A DNA stretch of 63,966 nt, the filler included, from Porpidia crustulata (taxonomy: Eukaryota), in NCBI GenBank assembly GCA_964255105.1. It is 4 parts of 4 records of this genome, joined end to end, with 100 filler letters (N's around TTAATTAATTAA, not from the genome) between each part and the next. Parts side by side here need not be neighbours in the genome. Positions count along the whole stretch, not along the records: positions 1 to 16,232 come from CAXUWE010000267.1; 3 more parts are not named here. One strand, 5' to 3'. Of this stretch, positions 1 through 13,062 are shown in pieces. The translations under genes were made by a program, and so were the position numbers. Numbering within the stretch: the first letter of the stretch is position 1; every line of letters starts with the position of its first letter. Under the pieces are notes generated by a model, which saw only the letters and a list, made by a program, of their open reading frames with translations, ran no database searches and was not told where the DNA came from.

Positions 1-802
1 CCCCTCCGCTCCAGGAAACCCTCTTCGTAGACCGTCCCCATCGGAATATTCCGCTGCGATCTCCGCCTCAGGGTCTCCTTGGTAATTCAGCGCCCAAAGA
101 GCTAATCCAACACACGGATAGTTGTTAATTTCATAGTTTATCAAGACTTAATATGAGCATTGACGCAGGCTTGAATATTGTTGTTGTGCAACTGGTATGG
201 GATTCCTGTAAAGCGCTCATACACCCACCCCTATCCTCCATAGTCGTACAGACTCCCAACCACCTCTCCAATCGACAAGACTTTTATGTACATTTCAGTT
301 CCCGCTTCTAGCCCCTACTCTAGAGTTTACAAGAAGCCCCGTGCTCATCCCGATTTCCTCGTCTGCAAAAGTCCCGCCATGAAAATATCCACTTCAACCC
401 CTTACACGAAAAGACACGGCAAGAAGTGGAAGAAACGCGCGTAATCTTCGTAGCGGACCCAATTTACAACCAGTGGACTGTTTCGCCCGGGGAAATATTT
501 GCCGACAACGCCTAAAAGGGAAAAGCGGACTGATTATTTTGAAAACGCCGTCCAGGAACGTGCAGAATGCTCACAACGCCGGTCGACCCCAGTACCGGTA
601 GACTCCGAATATAAGCCCCGCAATATCCTGCAAGGTCTGTAGAATACCAATATAACATGTACTGAATGAAATACTGCAGCAGTGAGTGTGCCCTTGATTG
701 ATCAAGGAATCTCGTAATCTGAATCTGCGACGTTGGTGTAGCAGTGCAGGAAGTTGAAGTCATGGCGCGGGGATTGCGAGAGAAGCGTAATCTCCGCCAG
801 TC

Positions 803-3800
803 TCAAGCGTGACCCCGTTCCGGCGGAGCTAAAGTAGAACCCCTAGATGTAGGTGTGATTTCCAAATCCTTATTTGAAGAAAGATTACTCCCAGACCGGT
901 TTCGAACACTAGTCTCACCGGCTCTTGATGAAGGGGTAATCTCAAGGCTGCCACGATCTTCCGCCTCCGATCGCCTGAATGAGAATCCTGAATGGCCATC
1001 GTCACTCTGCGGAGCTATGGGTGACCAACCGCCGATACTGCCAGCTACAATACCCGCCATGGCAGCCGCCGGGCCAAAGGTTGAGTTTGACCGAGACCTC
1101 CCCGTCCGCCTCGAGCCAGACCTCCGAGACTCGGGAGTCGGAGGAGCTAAGCCACCAGAGTCGCCACCACCGTGATCGTCAACAGGAGTCTGAGGTTTTG
1201 AGTTGAGCTGAGATCTTGAACCACTCCGTGAACGCGACAGTGCTTCTCGAGGATGCTGTAATTTGTATGTAAATCCCTTAAGACGGCCGCCGCGAACTTT
1301 CTTCATGAAAGTCAGTTCTTGCCGAATCTCTTCAAATGGGTTATACTGAGCTTGCCGCTCTTCGTCGGACACTACTAGTTGAGGCTTTTTCGTTTTCCGT
1401 TTGAGCCACTTTGGAATACACCGACGTATGAAATCGTCAGGAATGAGACGTATAAATGTGCCGACTGGTATCGAAAGAAAACCGAGCACTATCGAGTATA
1501 TCCATTGCGCTCGGTTGAGTCGGTGTATCGAAAAAGCTTGGCCACCAATATAGACGATCAAGATCTGTCCTGCGACGATAATAAACTGTATGCCAATGAA
1601 AAAGTAATTCCGCTGTACACCCTCAAGAATGTTCATCTTGTTGTCTAGACGCCGATTGTTGTATTGGTTGAATATTTGCATCCAGACAAAGGTATTAAAA
1701 ATCAAGGTCTGTAGTTGATTTTGCTCCCGTGGCGAGTCATATGACAGAATACGTACGCCGCCAAAGAAGAGTAGAAACGTGAAGAATAATTGGAAAATAG
1801 ATTGTCCGATTATCATCTTCCACATGGTCAGCGTGATGAGAGGTGCAGACTTTGGTTCAGGAGGCCGATTCAGAATGCTTGGAGTTGGTGGATCGGTTGC
1901 CAAGGCCAGCGCGGCGAAAGTGTCCATGATAAGATTGACCCAAAGTAGTTGCACCGCAGTCAGCACTGATGTTTGGGTTGAGCTGGCAACGGCGGAAACG
2001 AATGTTAGAACAACAGCAGTGATGTTGACTGTGACTTGGAACTGAAGAGATGTCAGTGAAAATCCAACGGGTTGCGAAGTCGTCACTTACCTGGAGAAAC
2101 TTCTTGACGGAATCGTTGACAGCCCTACCCCACATTATTGCCTTGACAATAGAGGCAAAGTTGTCATCCATCAAGATTATGGCAGAAGCCTCTTTAGCAA
2201 CCTCTGTACCTGCTATGCCCATTGAAAAGCCTACATCGGCGGCCTTGAGCGCAGGCGCGTCGTTTGTGCCGTCGCCTGTTACAGCGACTGTCTCTCCCAA
2301 GTCCATCAATCGCCTGACTAAAATACGTTTGTCCTCCGGGCTAGACCTGGCAAGCACCTGCAATTTGGGGATTCTTTGTTTCTTTTCCACTTCACTCAGT
2401 CTTCTAAATTCGGGACCTTCCATGATTTCGTCATCATCCTCCCCAGTGTAGATTCCACACTCGGCGGCGATGGCTTTTGCGGTCAGAAGATTATCACCGG
2501 TCACCATACGTACCTTGACTCCTGCATTCTGGCAAGCGCGAACTGCTTCTGCGACACCTTCTCTTAGAGGATCCTGGATGCCAACAACTCCTAGGAAGAC
2601 CATGTTGTTGAAGATGCTGTCAAAAACGGCGAGTGTCGGATAATCCTCCTGCGTGGGGACTCCCTTCCCGGGCCATTCCTTAAAGTCTCGATATAGAAGC
2701 CCAATCGTCCGTAACGAACGACGAGCGTAGTCGTCGATGGTCTGACTTAGGCTCTCAGTCGTCTCTTGCGTAATAAATGTGTCAGATATTGCCTGTGTAG
2801 GGTCTTGCAAAATCCTTGTACATCTTTCGAGCAGAATTTCCGAAGCTCCCTTGACGTACATTCTGTATCTCTTGTCACTCAACTTCACAATAGTAGCCAT
2901 ACACTTCCTTCCAGAGTCAAATGGTACCATTTGCACAATGTTAGCGTTTGCACGCTCTTCGTTCACGGAATCCATGGCCAAATAGTCCCTCGCAAAATTG
3001 AGCAATGCGGTTTCAGTCTTGGACCCCACGAATGCATCACGTCCATCCTCTTCGCCTTCAAATGCGGTAGAATTCACCGAAATTGATTGCTTTAGAAGTA
3101 ACTTCACGTCTTCATGTAGTGTTGAAACAACTCCAGCTATTGAGGCGTCTTGCACAAAAGTCTCGGAAATTACAGACTTGCGTTTGACGGGTGAATTCTC
3201 TTCTGAATTATCTGGACTCTTCTTATTTCCAAAGCGCGCCGAAGCGCCCAGTGTTCCTGCCACCACAGTCATCTTATTTTGCGTCAAGGTCCCGGTCTTA
3301 TCAGAGCAAATCACCGTAGCGTTGCCCATAGTCTCACAAGCACGAAGTAATCGGACCAGATTGTTTTCCTTCAACATTCTTGTAGTCGCAAACGCTAAAG
3401 CTAATGTGACGGCAAGCGGCAGCCCTTCAGGGACGGCAACCACCACAATTGTCACCGCCACGATGAAGACTTGGAGAAACTGCTGTCCTTTTACTGAAGC
3501 CCCGCCTTCTATATGGGGAAGTGAGACTAAGAATCGGATAAAAGTTGCAATGAAGAGCACGAGACCAGCGCCGAGACCTAGCTTTGCAATATACTCTGCG
3601 AGGACGTTGAGTTTAGATTGTAGCGGTGTGGTTTGCGCATCTTCGCGAAGTGCCATCATGATCTTGCCATAGCTTGAGTTGACCCCGACGGCAGTGACCA
3701 GAAATGTGCCAATTCCTTCAGTCACTTTGGCTCCTGAGATAATGAAAGGATCCATCTTCACAACACTCTGATGCGCCTCGAGAGCCTGGTAGACATCTTC

Positions 3801-5135
3801 ACCCGCGTTTTTCTTCAGCAAGTCAGACTCGCCTGTAACGGAGGATTCGTCGCATTTCACGTTGTGTCCAGATATAAAGATGCCGTCTACCGGTATCATG
3901 TCGCCAGGTTCGAGATGAATAACGTCTCCGACGAAGATTTCATGGACCGAGATTTGCCGAGATTTGCCGGAGCGAATGACTTTGATGTCTCGATCCACCT
4001 TTTTCTTGTTAAGCTTTACAAATTGCCGCTCTTTCTGCCAGTCATTGGCTGCTCCCACGACTACAACGATAAGTATTGCAACGGTAATAGCAACTCCTTC
4101 TACCCATTGCGCATGTTCGCCTTTCTTTGAAGAAATAGACTCGTATATGCCTAAAGCAAGTGATACAACAGCAGCAACCGTCAATAAGATGAGGACCTTG
4201 TCATTGTACGCCAACCACGCAAGTTCAAAGATGCTTTTTGCTTTCTTCTCGGGCAGTCGATTATCTCTGAAAATCCGTTTGCGGTCGAAGAATGAATCAT
4301 CTGAGCGCTGCGTAGCAGCTGTTGCAGACGTCGATGATCGATGTAAACGACGTTCAGGAGTCGTAGGTGGTCTTTGGACGCAAGCTGCAACAGCATCCTC
4401 GAAGGTAACCGTCCCATCCAATCGCTTTTCATCAACCGATAAACCAGCTAAGCGATCGGTACGTAGACCTTTCTCGATTCCACTTAGACCTCCTAATGCG
4501 TGAAAAGCTGCGACACTTTTTGGATTCATCAGCTTGGTCATCTGACCAGGCGAAAACGCGAATCGATTATTCTCAACCTCGAAGTCAGCCTCTGTTCCAG
4601 GGTCGGCTTTCAAGGCATGTTCATCGTCGATGAGGCCGTCGGTGCTATACGCAGTGCTAGGATGCCCTCCTTCGGTCGAGAGCGCCGATGAGCTTGGCGA
4701 CGGTACATAAGTATCCCCGCCAAAAGATGTTGGGGTGTGTTCCGGCTCTTCGGAGTCGACGGAGTTGCCCCTTGAACGGGCGCTGGGGACGGCTAAGAAG
4801 TCGTGGGGCTGGCGGTCATTACGTCTTGAAGTAGGTGATGAAATATTGTGCGGCGACGTTGGACGATGCTCTATGTTCTCGAACGAATGGGCTGCTCGTG
4901 GCTGTTTTGGCGAATGTTCGTTTGGTGAGAGAGCAGCCTTTGGGTCAACCTCCTTGTCTTGATCGCCCTGCAATGAACGAGGACGGTCAGACAAGCTTTG
5001 GAGGGGCAGCGCGTCATCTTCAAGTAAAGGTGGACTGACAGCAGAAGTGTCTATGGTAATAGTTGGTGCTCGTTGCCTACGCGGACCGCTGTTCGGTGAG
5101 GGTGAGTTTTGGCCATCATTTTCGGGTTTGGTCAT
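803..5135 (-). CDS. PMC1: P-type IIB Ca2+-transporting ATPase (vacuolar PMC1/PMCA type), 2 exons
   Basis: Motifs DESSVTGES, PEGLPLAV, phosphorylation site CSDKTGTLT, KGASE, MVTGDN, TGDGTNDAPAL and QLLWVNLIMDT. ORFs 1857-5144 and 803-2086 are joined by a GT-AG intron at 2042-2090 (KFLQ|FQVTVN). First ATG at 5135. Confidence 0.96.
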
Positions 5136-6775
5136 AATTGCCAAGCGAGCTTCCTGAGATGTTGTGCAAGTAATGCTCTCCGTCAGTCATGTGGACGTAG
5201 GTTGGGGTAGATGTTCGAGAGATGCCAGTGGTGGTGCTGCGAACTGAGAGATATAGCTTGGAGTTCGATGCAATTTCGTGAATTAGTGTGTCGAACCGCA
5301 ATTGTTTGCCGCTGTGTGAAGCTCGAAATACGATGTGAAGGGAAAGTACGATCCTTGGCCCTTGGTGACTCAAAACAAACTCTTCCACCTTTGTATCTTG
5401 GCGACGACTGTTGAAGAATGGCTGATCAGTGACCAGGCTACAAATTGCGGCCAATGTATAGGATGAGTAACCTCAGGCCGTTACCATCCGAGGCCCACAT
5501 TCAATTCTACCTACTTACCAGTGGAAATATATATGGTCACCTGCCCAGCGGTCCTGGCTTCCCCCGTACTTATCCAAGCTCTTGTACACCTCCAATCTCC
5601 TTCACGAGCATCCAAAGCTTGTGAAGCAGGTGATCTTCCACAGGCTGTATATCTTTGCCTCCGAGTCGCCATCTGATGGCGATAATGAGCAGATTTCGGC
5701 AGTATGTGGACTGGATAGCTTCGCCAAGGCCGCGGTTGAGCCGGAGAAAAGAACTTGCACCAGTAACTGGCCCTTGGTAAGGTATGCCAGTGGTTGGTAG
5801 TGTGTCTTGTCATGAGGGATAGAGGTGTTTTCATCTTATGTGGATGAGTGGAACGGGTTTAGGTTGGGGCAGTGCAAACAAGGCCTAAACCCCAAACGGG
5901 TAGTCTTCTGTATGCCCAAATGCGCACGCAGGGGGGGGCAGGAACCACACTCTATCTTCAGAGTGGTCGAACAGAAGTACCAAGACATCACGACCTTCCT
6001 ATCAGAGCATCAAGATACAACCTACGTATACCTACATTCATCGACATCAAAATCCTGACGCACTTGATAATACTGACCACGTTGGTTCGAGTGGCAACAA
6101 CTGCAACAGTTTCCCCCCGAAGTCATTGAAACACTACGTTTGCACGGTTTGGTAATACAGGGGCCACGGCATACATATCTCGTGTTCAGGCGTTTCGCTA
6201 CAAATTGCGATCAATCAGATCCGACCGCATACCGGCCCACATGGCAGCCAATACAAGTGCAGGCTGTCGTTCAATTTAGGAATCAACTCTGAAGTCTGAA
6301 CCTTCCTTAGCGCTCCCAAACACAAGCCACCGCAATTGGTGCGAGGCCCAGCACCTTCTGCCTGGGTGAGCCTTAAGCGCCGGCGTTTCATCCTCAACGC
6401 CTTCCATCGTCCTCAAAGCTGAAGATTATTCATATCAATTAATCAATCATTCATCAATGTAATGAGTTGAACCCGGCACAATGATAATCAGGTGAGAAAA
6501 CGTGAAGGACTGTTCAAATCGCTCACGTCTCGGACTCTGCACAGTAGACTTTTCTATCTTCCAAGCGGGTCCAACAGCATCTATTCGCGGATGTTGGGGG
6601 GCTTGCTGAAGGATTCTTCTCCTTCCTTGCTCCAGAATCCTTCTCTACGATCTAGATCTAACTTTGATTTGGGTCCGTCCTGTCGCTTCATGGGATAAAT
6701 TTGAACTTTGATTATTCAGAGAAGCCGACATACCTAGATAAAAGCTTCTATCCTTGTCGCTAGCGCGGGGCCCGT

Positions 6776-9700
6776 TTATTTGATGGTCCATATGTCCAGC
6801 CGCTCACCGTCAGGTTTCTTCCGACTCTTACCCATCCCCTTCTCCTCTGCTCTAATGATATTCTTACTCGAGGAAGCGAAAGAGTCTACAAGCTCGGGCA
6901 TTCTGTTTGCTGCAGTGAAGCAAGGAGCCAAGTCTGAGTCTTCTGCTGCGATTGCTGCGGCCAAATCCATGCTCCTCAGTAGTAAGTCACGACTCAGAGT
7001 ATGTGCGCTGACATTCAATATTGTGTTGTAGGCGAGCACAATTTCGGGGAGACAAGCAACGCGTACTTGCTCAAATTCGATAGCTTCTTGGTCTGCGATT
7101 TCATCAGATATGCTACAATATATCAGGTCTAGCCGTCTTGACTCACCGTCTTTTGGGTACTGCAGCCATCCGCTGAGCAACGGCTGAATTGTCAATTCCA
7201 CGCGCTCATAAGCCTTGTGGAACGAGGCCTTCCAAGAAAGGCCGTCCTCACGAGGATCCATATGACTATAACAGGGACGATGTCAGCGGAAATTCGACGA
7301 GCACTTTCTTGGAAATCTCGTACTTGGGGGCCTTGTCTGCAAGAGCCTTCCACTGTTCCATGGCATCAAGAGCGACAAACAAGTTTTCATAATCTCGGAA
7401 CGCCTTGCTTTGGTTGAGTAGTAGTTCGCGCTCATTGCTTGGTGGCAACGCAGATAAGCTTCGTCGGCGCTGGGGATGGCTTTGGGGCCGCCGTGAGCTT
7501 GTGCCTCGACTCCGTTCGGCTGAATCGTCATCTTCGCCACTGTCTTCCTTGCCGCCACTGTCTTCCTTGCTGATATCTACCATCTTTCCTAGTAGTCCTT
7601 GGCTTTTGCTCAGGGAAAGGGTAGAGAACGGTACCGCCTTTGATAAATCCCTAGCAGCGGCGAGGCCCTTGGTAACTGCGAGCTCAGATCAGCAAAAGGG
7701 AGAGTTTTGGCACCCATCTGTATATGCGACTTACGAAGTAAATGCTTGTACAAGATAGCCCCAATCGTCATAGTCTGCTGCCAATGACCCTCAAGAAGCA
7801 TATACCATTCAAATCCATTCACCAAGTCTTGTTCATCATCACTGACCGAGTCTCCTATAAAATTACTTTGTATTGGACGTACTCTTGATTTATCGTTGTA
7901 ATTTGGCTCGAGAATAGTTAGAGGGGGAAAACCATTGCTGTCACACTTCATAAAGGGGACGTCTCTGATAATCAATTGTAATTGCATGTTGAGAACGCCG
8001 GGAACATCAATGCCGCATTGCTTCATTAGTCGCATCACCGTTTGACGCTCCCGAAGGTCCTTCACGAAGGGTAGCTGGCGGCCTAGGCATGCGATGGACC
8101 TGTCATGAGAGAGAAACGACGCATAGAGAGGTAATAGCTGCTGCTTGCCAGCTTTGCTCAAGTAATCGACATATGCCACAATAATGCTTTCCGTCGCAAT
8201 GCGATGGTTGCCTTCTCCAATGTCTAGCCCAAGGTCCTGGAAGATCAATAGTATATGCGTAGTTACACGTAAAAGATCGTAGTCCTTCATAGTTATCAGC
8301 GCAGTGATGGTGCGCTCGAGGAGAGCTGCCTTCATTGCAGGCAATATCTTGGACTTCTCTGGATTATTGGCTGCCTGGCAGAGCTTTACACCGTGCTTGA
8401 AAACAAAGTCATCGAAGGTTTTAGCAATCAAGCTGCTTTGGAGCATCTTGAAAGGTTGTCTCGCTTCTTTCTTTGTCGTTTCTAGCGTCTTTAATTTCTG
8501 CACGATCTGGTTCCCGGAGTGTGTACGATGCCCTTCAGTTACGGAGAACTTGTAGGACCCATATCTCTGTACCAGCGCAATTGGCAGCCGATCAGCGAAT
8601 TGCGATTTGACATAGCGGTCGAATTGACTCAACAAATAAGAGTTGTAGTGAGCGAACAAGTGGTCGTCCCAGCTGCGACTGACTTTGAGAACACTGGGCA
8701 AGTAACCACTAAGAACTCCATAGACAGCATTTTCATAAGGTTCAATTCCACCTTTCTTGGCAGCAAGGGCGCAGGTCTTCCGCCACAGTGCTCTTGATCG
8801 CCATCCATGCACGGCATCGTGTCCATGCTCATCTTCCTTGGATTGGGAGTTTCGAGGGTCCCCACGGATCGCTGTAGCTCTCCATCCTTCTACTCGTTCT
8901 TGACACCACTCCCGAATGTAATCCCAATCTTTTCCGCGTCGTACCATCTCCCAGCAAGCCAGCCAAGTGGCACGCTCAAAGTAATGGTCTTGCTTCTCAA
9001 GCTTCCGCCTCTGCCGAGTGACTGCATCTGGATCTAGCTGTGTCACTAGCGCTTTGGTTCGGTCAGAGTTCATTAGGGAAGTATCAATGCCTGGGGCATC
9101 AGGGTCGAGAGCTTGGGGCCACGACCGTAGACGTTTTTGACCCTTGATTGCTTCCTTAGTGTACAACCAGCTATGAGCCCATAGTCCTGACCCCCTGTCC
9201 GCACCTGACTCTAAATCCTGTACGACTACTTCGATATCTTGCCCCGAGTCATCAGCACACTTCTTTAGCCACTCAACAACTGTGTGTCTTTCCCAAGCAA
9301 GATCATCGTGGGCGAGGAAGCGGTTCCAAACCTCTGTCTCCGAAGAATAACGCTGAACCTCTTTACTTCTACTAGGCCTTTTAGATTTTCGTCCAATACC
9401 AGGTTCTTCTACTTCCGATTGTAGGATAGGATATTCAACCTCGAGCATGAGGCCCAGCAGCTCCCACGTGTGTTGTTCTTGCTCCCATCTCCTCAAATCT
9501 TCCACAGTAGTTTTGTCGCCAAGTCCCCTCTGTTCCACATGGGGTGAGGCAGGAGTGGATGTACCGTTAGACTTTCGCAGCTTGCGCTTCCACTTTTTAC
9601 TCAGTTGCTGCTGCCTCTCAGGCGCATGAATACCTTTCAAGTGTTCCACAGTATCGCTAGCGATCTTCCTGTACGTTTCCACTAGGGGAAGCACATGTCG

Positions 9701-10000
9701 GCAGTCTTTCTGCGACTTACGCTGTCTTTTGGTGTTTAGACGGTCCAGAGTCTCTGCGAATTGTTCGACCTGCTTTCCGACTCGATCTGCTGTCGATTGG
9801 AGGGGATGTAATGCCCGGTGTACATCACCAACAGTAAGCATTGCTGGCGTTGGAGAGGGAGAGTCATCATTGCCATTATCGGATCCCTCATCCATACTCA
9901 CATCCGCAGTACGCTTCTCATCTTCAGACAAGCTATCAGACACATCGGAATGATGAACATTATCCCAGCTTTCTTCTTGGGAATATTCGCTCGGGGACAT
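6776..10000 (-). CDS. NUP84: Nucleoporin Nup84/Nup107 (Y-complex), at least 3 exons
   Basis: Nup84-family motifs LVTQLDPDAVTRQ, YENAVYGVLSG, SWDDHLFAHYN and LPEIVLAY. Introns at 7676-7734 and 7266-7323 join three ORFs in frame. The start codon is uncertain; an upstream exon is possible. Confidence 0.9.
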
Positions 10001-11421
10001 GATGGCTACCAAGCTAACTTGTCCTGCATTACCGTCTGTGATACACCATAGATGACACTCTATTGGATTTCATCAAGCAGGAGACTATTCTTGCGAATAT
10101 TCATCTTCGAACTTTTGATTCCTATTTCAACCCTTGCTGACAACTTGGAACATCCTCGATCTTCAAGGAAAACATACGTGGTATACAAGGTAACAAGCTA
10201 GTCTTAGTACGCGTTTTCTTAACAGCTCGCTTAGAGAGTTTACCACGACGCCGGAAAAGATTTCAGATTTCCTTTTTCCTTCAAAACAATGTCTTCTTTC
10301 AGGTGATCATTAGAGTCTCGGGACAGACTCTTCAGTGTTTGTCCAGGCCCCTTGAGGACCTCTGTGCGTGCTCACGATCGCCTAAGATGCGATTCGACAC
10401 TCACTACACACCAGACCCGATCTCTTAACGAGGATTGAAGGTCGTGACAACATAGCGAGCTGTTACAAAAATATTACAACATTAAGGCTCATAACTAAAT
10501 AAAGACTACAGGTGACCAGTTTCTCAATTTCCCTATGCCTTTCTGGTGAACTTCCTTATACACCTTCGGCACGCTGCTTCATCTTCAACCTCAGGAGACT
10601 GGCTTTGGGGCAGCTGACCGTACTACTGTGATCCCCTTGACGTTGGTAGAAAGCGTTGCAGCATTCGTACAAAGCGTCCACCTGGCTTCTACATTTGTAT
10701 TCTTTGAAGGAATTATTAGCCAAACAGTCTGTAAACTTGCATTAGAAAATACTTATGATTACCAGCATGTAGCAGGGAATCACCTTGAATCGCGCACTAT
10801 TAATCCATTAGACCATAGCACGAATGGTAAACGGGTCTTAAACTCACCGCAAGAGGATGACATGGCGGGTTCGTCTTTAGATCCTCTTCTAGACCCTTAG
10901 AATACCCGGTCAGATGAATTTCACAGCGTAGATGGCCATAAACCGTACCATTATGAGATTGCAAAAGCGTGAACGTATCGATCGATATCAACAACAAGGT
11001 TAGTTGTGTAAACACTTATTCTTTGGACTTTTGCAGTCATCATTCAGAGATGTTATCAGGAGTTCGCGCATTTGTTGATAGACACATAGATAACTAGGAG
11101 ACTAAGGGAGAGCGTGAATGACGGTCTCCTCTTCGGCTATTGGAAGACGTCTTTTGATTGGTGGGACGGCTCTCATAATAATGCCCATCCTGCAACATCA
11201 ACGTTCTTTCACTTTTTAAATCCTGTTCAAGTTGTCAGAACCGCAAGTTTTCTACATTTCACTTCAACGCCATTAACAATACCGGTAGAAGCCCCTCGTT
11301 TGAGAATGGTATCTTACAGCAAAGTGACTACTAACATCACTTTAGATCAGCCTATTGAGCCAGCTCTGAACGGAAAGCCAGAGCCTGTGCTCACCACGTA
11401 CAGCAGTCCGTATTTTGGAAT

Positions 11422-11805
11422 ATGTCGGACCGCGACCAGTCCCCCAGCGCGGGCGCAAATCCCGATGATCAACCAAAGTCTGAGCATCTCAACATCAAAG
11501 TTACAGATAACAATAACGAAGTGTTCTTCAAAATCAAGCGGACAACAGCACTGTCAAAGCTTATGAACGCTTTCTGCGATCGTCAAGGAAAGAACTTGCA
11601 GCAAGTCCGCTTCCTGTTCGATGGATCACGTGTAAATCCGACAGACAGTCCCGAATCGGTAGGTCTACAGCTCAAAGATTCCGCTCTTTTAATCTCACTA
11701 CACTCTATCTTATATCCAATACGATAGTACTGACAAATTGAGTAGCTTGACATGACAGATGGAGATACTCTTGAAGTCCACCAGGAACAAATTGGAGGAT
11801 TCTGA
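11422..11805 (+). CDS. SMT3: SUMO (small ubiquitin-like modifier) precursor, 2 exons
   Basis: EHLNIKVTDNNNEVFFKIKRTT...VRFLFDG. Intron 11659-11745. Exon 2 encodes LDMTDGDTLEVHQEQIGGF*, a di-glycine motif plus one residue. Confidence 0.97.
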
Positions 11806-12474
11806 AGACTTTTTGCTCTAGAACATGAGGAGGAAATGACATGCTAGCTGGAACGTCGTCGGCTATAAGATGTCTGCCCTACACTCCACATCTTAAGTCT
11901 TTAGCAAATGGCGCTAGGGGAGCAGGATTTGTTATTAGATTCCAGGGTCGTGGATAGGGCCAATTTTATACATTCTATCACACCTCCGCCACCATCTAGA
12001 GAGATTTTACCGATTCTCGACACAGATTTACTAATTCATCAAGATGAAAATGGTGGTAGTCTTCCTACCCGATCGCCACATGAACATTAATACCGCCTGG
12101 AAAGAAGATGCCTTGGAATTACAGCCTATGTCATGTTTGACGCGTCCTGCATACCACGGAATGTTCTTGTACTAAACTATTCAAATATAGGTGGATCCGA
12201 AGATGCTCCTTTCATTGCCCATGATGAGGTATTGGAATCTGATGTGTACAGCAATAGTAGATCCACCCAAGGACTGAACTTAGGTTCGCCACAGACTCTG
12301 TTGCCACACCATACTCGACCAGTTGCTTATTGCCTGGGCCTCAGATCGATCTTTCAGTTGTCAAGGGCTTTTCCCAACCTCCAGCCAGACCGATATTCAT
12401 GCTTTGATTGATGTTCCTATGTATCCTATCTTCCGTTTGGCTGTCTCTTTGGTTGTACACTGATATCTCCTAGG

Positions 12475-13062
12475 TTATCCCTCCCAGATATTTTTCTTCG
12501 CCTCCTCTCTCGTTTCTTCCTCTTTTCTCTTTGCGTCCTTGTCGTCCATCCTTCTCTTCCGCTCCTTTTCTTTCATTATCCTCTCATACTCCCTGTTTTC
12601 CTCGCTTTTCGCCGGGGTCCTTACCCCCAACGCCCCGGCAATCAATCTTCCAGCCACCGCTGTTGTTTTCTCCGGCCTTGCGTCCACCCTGGAAGATGTT
12701 GGACGACTGCCCGCCGGGCTTATGGGGCTGCCGTCTGGGGCATACTGTGTTGAAAAAGAGGATTTTGAGGGAAAATCACTCCATTGAGTCCCCGATCGGT
12801 GAGCATGTGGGGAGCTTGGTGTTGGTGGAGGGGCGCTTGGAAGGTTGGACGTGAACTTCTCGGCGACTTCGGAATCTGATGATGAAGAAGCTTCTTCATC
12901 CCAGGAGTCAGCGACTGGGATTGACGTTGGTTTGGCATTTTGCCTCGGCTTCGAGGATAGAGATAGGTCTTGGAGGGAGGAGCCTAGGCCTATTAGTCGG
13001 TTGGTGGTTATGGGCAGGATGAATAGTCCTTTACCTTTTCGTCTACTCGAAGGTGAGGCCAT
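12475..13062 (-). CDS. Conserved hypothetical protein, low complexity, with a C-terminal RPEKTTAVAGRLIAGALG motif and charged coiled coil
   Basis: 195-aa ORF with a probable in-frame intron at about 12990-13034 (GTAAAG...CTAATAG). Contains VADSWDEE and ends NIWEG. Convergent with SMT3. Confidence 0.8.
   Translation of the reverse strand: MASPSSRRKGKGLFILPITTNRLIGLGSSLQDLSLSSKPRQNAKPTSIPVADSWDEEASSSSDSEVAEKFTSNLPSAPPPTPSSPHAHRSGTQWSDFPSKSSFSTQYAPDGSPISPAGSRPTSSRVDARPEKTTAVAGRLIAGALGVRTPAKSEENREYERIMKEKERKRRMDDKDAKRKEEETREEAKKNIWEG

Noticed and set aside
2050..4503. Long plus-strand ORFs (133-224 aa) opposite PMC1
   Set aside because: Antisense shadows of a conserved CDS. The same applies to ORFs opposite NUP84, LTE1, the Cir_N gene and SEC18.
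6608..6643. Perfect 10-bp inverted repeat GAAGGATTCT/AGAATCCTTC downstream of NUP84
   Set aside because: A single short hairpin, plausible by chance in 64 kb; intrinsic terminators do not apply to Pol II genes.
10628..10900. 90-aa ORF between NUP84 and SMT3
   Set aside because: Non-ATG start, no recognisable motif or splice structure.
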